Source: a virus (Duplodnaviria; Caudoviricetes). Taken from it: a stretch of DNA of 45,725 nucleotides. The number at the start of each line of letters is the position of its first letter. The first letter of the stretch is position 1. Shown here piece by piece: positions 42,872 through 45,725 of this stretch. The notes beneath the pieces are model-generated. The model did no database searches. It was not told the origin of the DNA and was given only the letters and a program-made list of their open reading frames with translations. The DNA lies in IMG/VR virus record IMGVR_UViG_3300032257_000026, positions 1-45,725 of that record, one strand, 5' to 3'. Both the position numbers and the translations under genes were made by a program.

Positions 42872-45724
42872 TTACGATCGCCCCCCTTCCGGCAGCGGCA
42901 GCAGGCGCCCCGCTTCGATGAGCTCGGAGAACCGATCCCAGAGCAGCTGAACAAGTTGATCCGGGATCGAATCGGTTAGCACGGGACCGGTCGACACCGA
43001 GAGCGAGAGGTTCGGGGCCGCGTCCCCAGAGGCCGCAGGTTGCGCTGTACGGGCCGCTTCCACGATCGCGGCCGCCAGGGCCCCTCCAGAGTCGAACGCC
43101 CCTCCTGGGCCCCCTGGGCGGCCCAGGTTCCCGCCATTCAGGCCCAGCGCGTCCAGCTTTCCGGAGATCTCGGGGTACCCGAGAGCCCTGGACGCCCGAG
43201 AGGCCGCCGCACCAGCCAGCGGGACGATCACCTCATCATCGCCGAATTCACCGACCTCGATCAGCCGCCGGCCGGTAATCACGCCGCCTTGGCGAGCGCC
43301 GCCGGCGATCGTAGCCAGGCCCCCACCGAGAGCCGCGCCGGCCGCGCCGGCCGCGGTAGACCCAGCGGTGGCCGCAGCCAGGGCAGCCGAAGCCGCACCA
43401 GGCGCGAGCGCCGGACCGATGATCGGGATGGCCGCGATCGATGAGAACGTATTAGCGAACACCGACGCCAGCGACACCGACATCTGCGCGGCGCCCTCGC
43501 TCGCCGTTGCAGTCCCGGAAATCTTCGAGGTAATGAGCCGCTGGATTGCCCATTGCGCCAGCGTAGAGATCGCCTGCTGGGCCAGCGTCTTAAGCAGCTG
43601 AGAAAGACCCTTCGACAGCGAGGTCGCCCCGACAGCCATCGATCCGACCAGGTTAGAGAAGCCGGCCATCGCCTGCCCCGTAAACGACGCCCAACGTTCG
43701 CCGATCGTATCGACGAAGTCCTCCGACGCTTCCCGGACGCCGCCCCAGAAGTCCTGCCATTGGGTTAGCTCCGGCGGCTCGATCGCTTCGAATAGCGACG
43801 CGCTGAGAAGATCGAAGTCCTCATCGAACACCGAGCTCAGATCCGGACCGCCAGCCGACTCCGGCGCATCCGGCTCTCCTGCGGCCGGCGACGCGAGCTG
43901 GTCACGGATGCCCGCGATGCGGAGCGCTTCGGTTCCGATCTCGTACAGCCGAGTCGGAACATCCTGAGCGGTAGCCAGGAGCGACACGATCGTCTCGTTG
44001 ACGCGATCGCCAAAGGTCTCATAGACGATGCCGGTCTGGATCCCTTGCCGCTGCGCCGAAGCGAGGGCCGCGTCGAACTCGCCCGCCAGGATCTCCGCCA
44101 CCCGCGTGGTTGCGATACCAGCATCGTCGAAGGCTTCGGCGAGAATCTTGTCCTGCTTTTTGAATTCCTGCGCGACCGCCTTCGACTCTTCGCGCGCCGA
44201 CTCGCTAAAGACCGTCATGGCCGAGAGCGCCTGAGCTACGGAAGCGGAGAAGTCCGACCCGGCGAGCGTCGACTTCTTGAATTCGTCTGCGAACTTCGCG
44301 ATCCCGGCAGCATCGGCGCGCTCGAGCTGCTGGATCGCGTTGCGCGCGGTAGCCGTAAGGACGTCGGCGGTTTGAACCGTATCGGACAGCCCATCGTTCG
44401 CAGCCGCGATCGCCTTCTTCAGCTCGCCCGCGATCGTCGTTTGCGCGAAGGCGCCATATTTGCGGTTGAGGTCCTCGAGGATCCCCTCCTGCGAACCGAG
44501 CACATCGTTAACCCGGCGGACCTCCTCGATCTGGCCATCCGCCTGCACATCGATCCCGAACTCGGAGAGGCGACGCAGCTGCGCTTCAAGCAGACCCACG
44601 GTCCCTTCGAGGCCGGCGGACTGTGCTTCTAGCTGCTCCTGCCCGAACAGCAGCGACTCGAAGAAATCCTGCACCTTGACATCGAGCCCGGTTACCTCGA
44701 GCACCGCGCGCGTTAGCTGGTAGCTGAACGCCCCGACAGCGGCGGCGAGAGCGAGAAATCCAGCCTTGCCGCCAGCCGTAAGATCGCCGAACGACGACAG
44801 CCGAGAGATCCCCACGAGCATCGATGCGTTGCTCGCATCTACACCGATCGCAAAGCGGACCAGAGCGTCCGCGCCGGTAAGCGCTCGCGTTGCCAGGTTG
44901 GCGCCGATCGCCAGGCCGTAGCCGACCGCGAGAACTTGCCCGATGGTAAATAGCCGGTTGAGCCCCATCACCACGTCCGACTGCTTCACCAGATCGCCCC
45001 AAGCGCGGAACGTATCCCGAGCCGCCTCGGCCGCATCCGCCAGCCCCGGGCCAACTTGATCGAAGAACGTAAGGGCCAGCTCCTGCATCGCCGAGAGCAG
45101 CTCGAGCCCGCGGCCGCGGAGGTTGTCCATCCGCTCCTCGGCCACGCGGCCGGCGGTACCTTCGAACTCCTCCATCTTCTGCGACAGCCCGTCGACCTCC
45201 AGGCCCAGAGCCGAGATGATCTGCAGCGCGGCCGGACCGCCGCGAAGGCCGAACGCCTCCATGACTTCATTAGCATCGAGGCCCGCATCGACCAGGTCCT
45301 CGAACGTACCGATGAGATCCGTTGTGCCGTCTGCGTTTTTCTGAACGGCGACGTTGTAGTTTGAGAGACCGCCCTCGCCATCTTCGAGATCCCCGAGGAA
45401 CACCGCGAAGATTCGACGAAGGGCAGTGCCCGCTCGAGTAGCCGTGAAGCCACGGTTCGCGAGCGTGCCCAGCAGGACGTTGAGATCGGCGAAACCGACG
45501 CCGAGCGATCGCGCAACCGGCGCCGCGTCCTGGTAGGCGAAGCCCAGCTCCTGGATCGTAGTTTTTGCGTTGATCGCCGTCTGCGCCATGATGTCCGTCG
45601 ACGCGGTGAAGTCGGCGAGCTCGATTCCCATCGAACGCATCACATCCGACGTTATCGAAGCGGCCGAAGCCATGTCGAGTGTGCCGGCGGCCGCCAGGTT
45701 CAGAACATCCGGCATCACGCCGAG
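42872..45724 (-). CDS. Tail tape measure protein, TP901 family (N-terminus beyond the right edge)
   Basis: VLNLAAAG, D.MAQTAIN..TTIQELG..., AGTALRRI, MDNLRG....LSA core; Ala/Gly-rich; frame open to the window end. Confidence 0.93.
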   Translation of the reverse strand, partial: LGVMPDVLNLAAAGTLDMASAASITSDVMRSMGIELADFTASTDIMAQTAINAKTTIQELGFAYQDAAPVARSLGVGFADLNVLLGTLANRGFTATRAGTALRRIFAVFLGDLEDGEGGLSNYNVAVQKNADGTTDLIGTFEDLVDAGLDANEVMEAFGLRGGPAALQIISALGLEVDGLSQKMEEFEGTAGRVAEERMDNLRGRGLELLSAMQELALTFFDQVGPGLADAAEAARDTFRAWGDLVKQSDVVMGLNRLFTIGQVLAVGYGLAIGANLATRALTGADALVRFAIGVDASNASMLVGISRLSSFGDLTAGGKAGFLALAAAVGAFSYQLTRAVLEVTGLDVKVQDFFESLLFGQEQLEAQSAGLEGTVGLLEAQLRRLSEFGIDVQADGQIEEVRRVNDVLGSQEGILEDLNRKYGAFAQTTIAGELKKAIAAANDGLSDTVQTADVLTATARNAIQQLERADAAGIAKFADEFKKSTLAGSDFSASVAQALSAMTVFSESAREESKAVAQEFKKQDKILAEAFDDAGIATTRVAEILAGEFDAALASAQRQGIQTGIVYETFGDRVNETIVSLLATAQDVPTRLYEIGTEALRIAGIRDQLASPAAGEPDAPESAGGPDLSSVFDEDFDLLSASLFEAIEPPELTQWQDFWGGVREASEDFVDTIGERWASFTGQAMAGFSNLVGSMAVGATSLSKGLSQLLKTLAQQAISTLAQWAIQRLITSKISGTATASEGAAQMSVSLASVFANTFSSIAAIPIIGPALAPGAASAALAAATAGSTAAGAAGAALGGGLATIAGGARQGGVITGRRLIEVGEFGDDEVIVPLAGAAASRASRALGYPEISGKLDALGLNGGNLGRPGGPGGAFDSGGALAAAIVEAARTAQPAASGDAAPNLSLSVSTGPVLTDSIPDQLVQLLWDRFSELIEAGRLLPLPEGGRS

Positions 45725-45725
45725 G

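Larger units (their letters stand above)
1..45725 (-). mobile_element. Near-complete tailed dsDNA bacteriophage genome (siphovirus-like), circularly permuted within the tail operon
   Basis: Terminase, portal, capsid, tail, lysis, recombination and replication modules in typical phage order, all on the minus strand; no host housekeeping genes; tail genes are cut at both edges. Confidence 0.96.

Noticed and set aside
9-45364. Many long plus-strand ORFs in the track (e.g. 2879..3928, 10657..11625, 26637..27740)
   Set aside because: They are antisense shadows of minus-strand genes in high-GC DNA, with no SD sites or recognisable motifs
1-45725. Stop-codon reassignment
   Set aside because: Core genes are full length under the standard bacterial code and TAA, TAG and TGA are all used as coupled stops

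Overview
The window is a near-complete, circularly permuted genome of a high-GC tailed dsDNA phage (siphovirus-like: long TP901-type tape measure, no sheath gene seen). All credible genes (~65) are on the minus strand. Read right to left: tape measure (truncated at the right edge), distal tail and hub proteins with carbohydrate-binding-like inserts, fibre adaptors, beta-helix tailspike; lysis cassette (M15 endolysin, membrane proteins, signal-peptide thermonuclease, holin); terminator; Cro-like HTH, putative annealing protein, single-polypeptide SbcD-SbcC (Mre11-Rad50) fusion, RusA, DnaB-N/RepA-type helicase; many small accessory genes (FN3 exported protein, Fis-type HTH, ASCH, Zn fingers, DUF4406-like); a duplicated terminator-promoter-operator cassette driving an amidoligase plus two gamma-glutamylcyclotransferases; ParB-methyltransferase, TerS, TerL, portal, Mu gpF-like protein, a protease-scaffold-capsid polyprotein, neck proteins and tail tube (truncated at the left edge). 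I saw no integrase, partition system, DNA polymerase, primase, tRNA or CRISPR array. All calls come from motif recognition by eye; no database search was run. Several start codons were moved from the ORF track using Shine-Dalgarno sites and stop/start overlaps.
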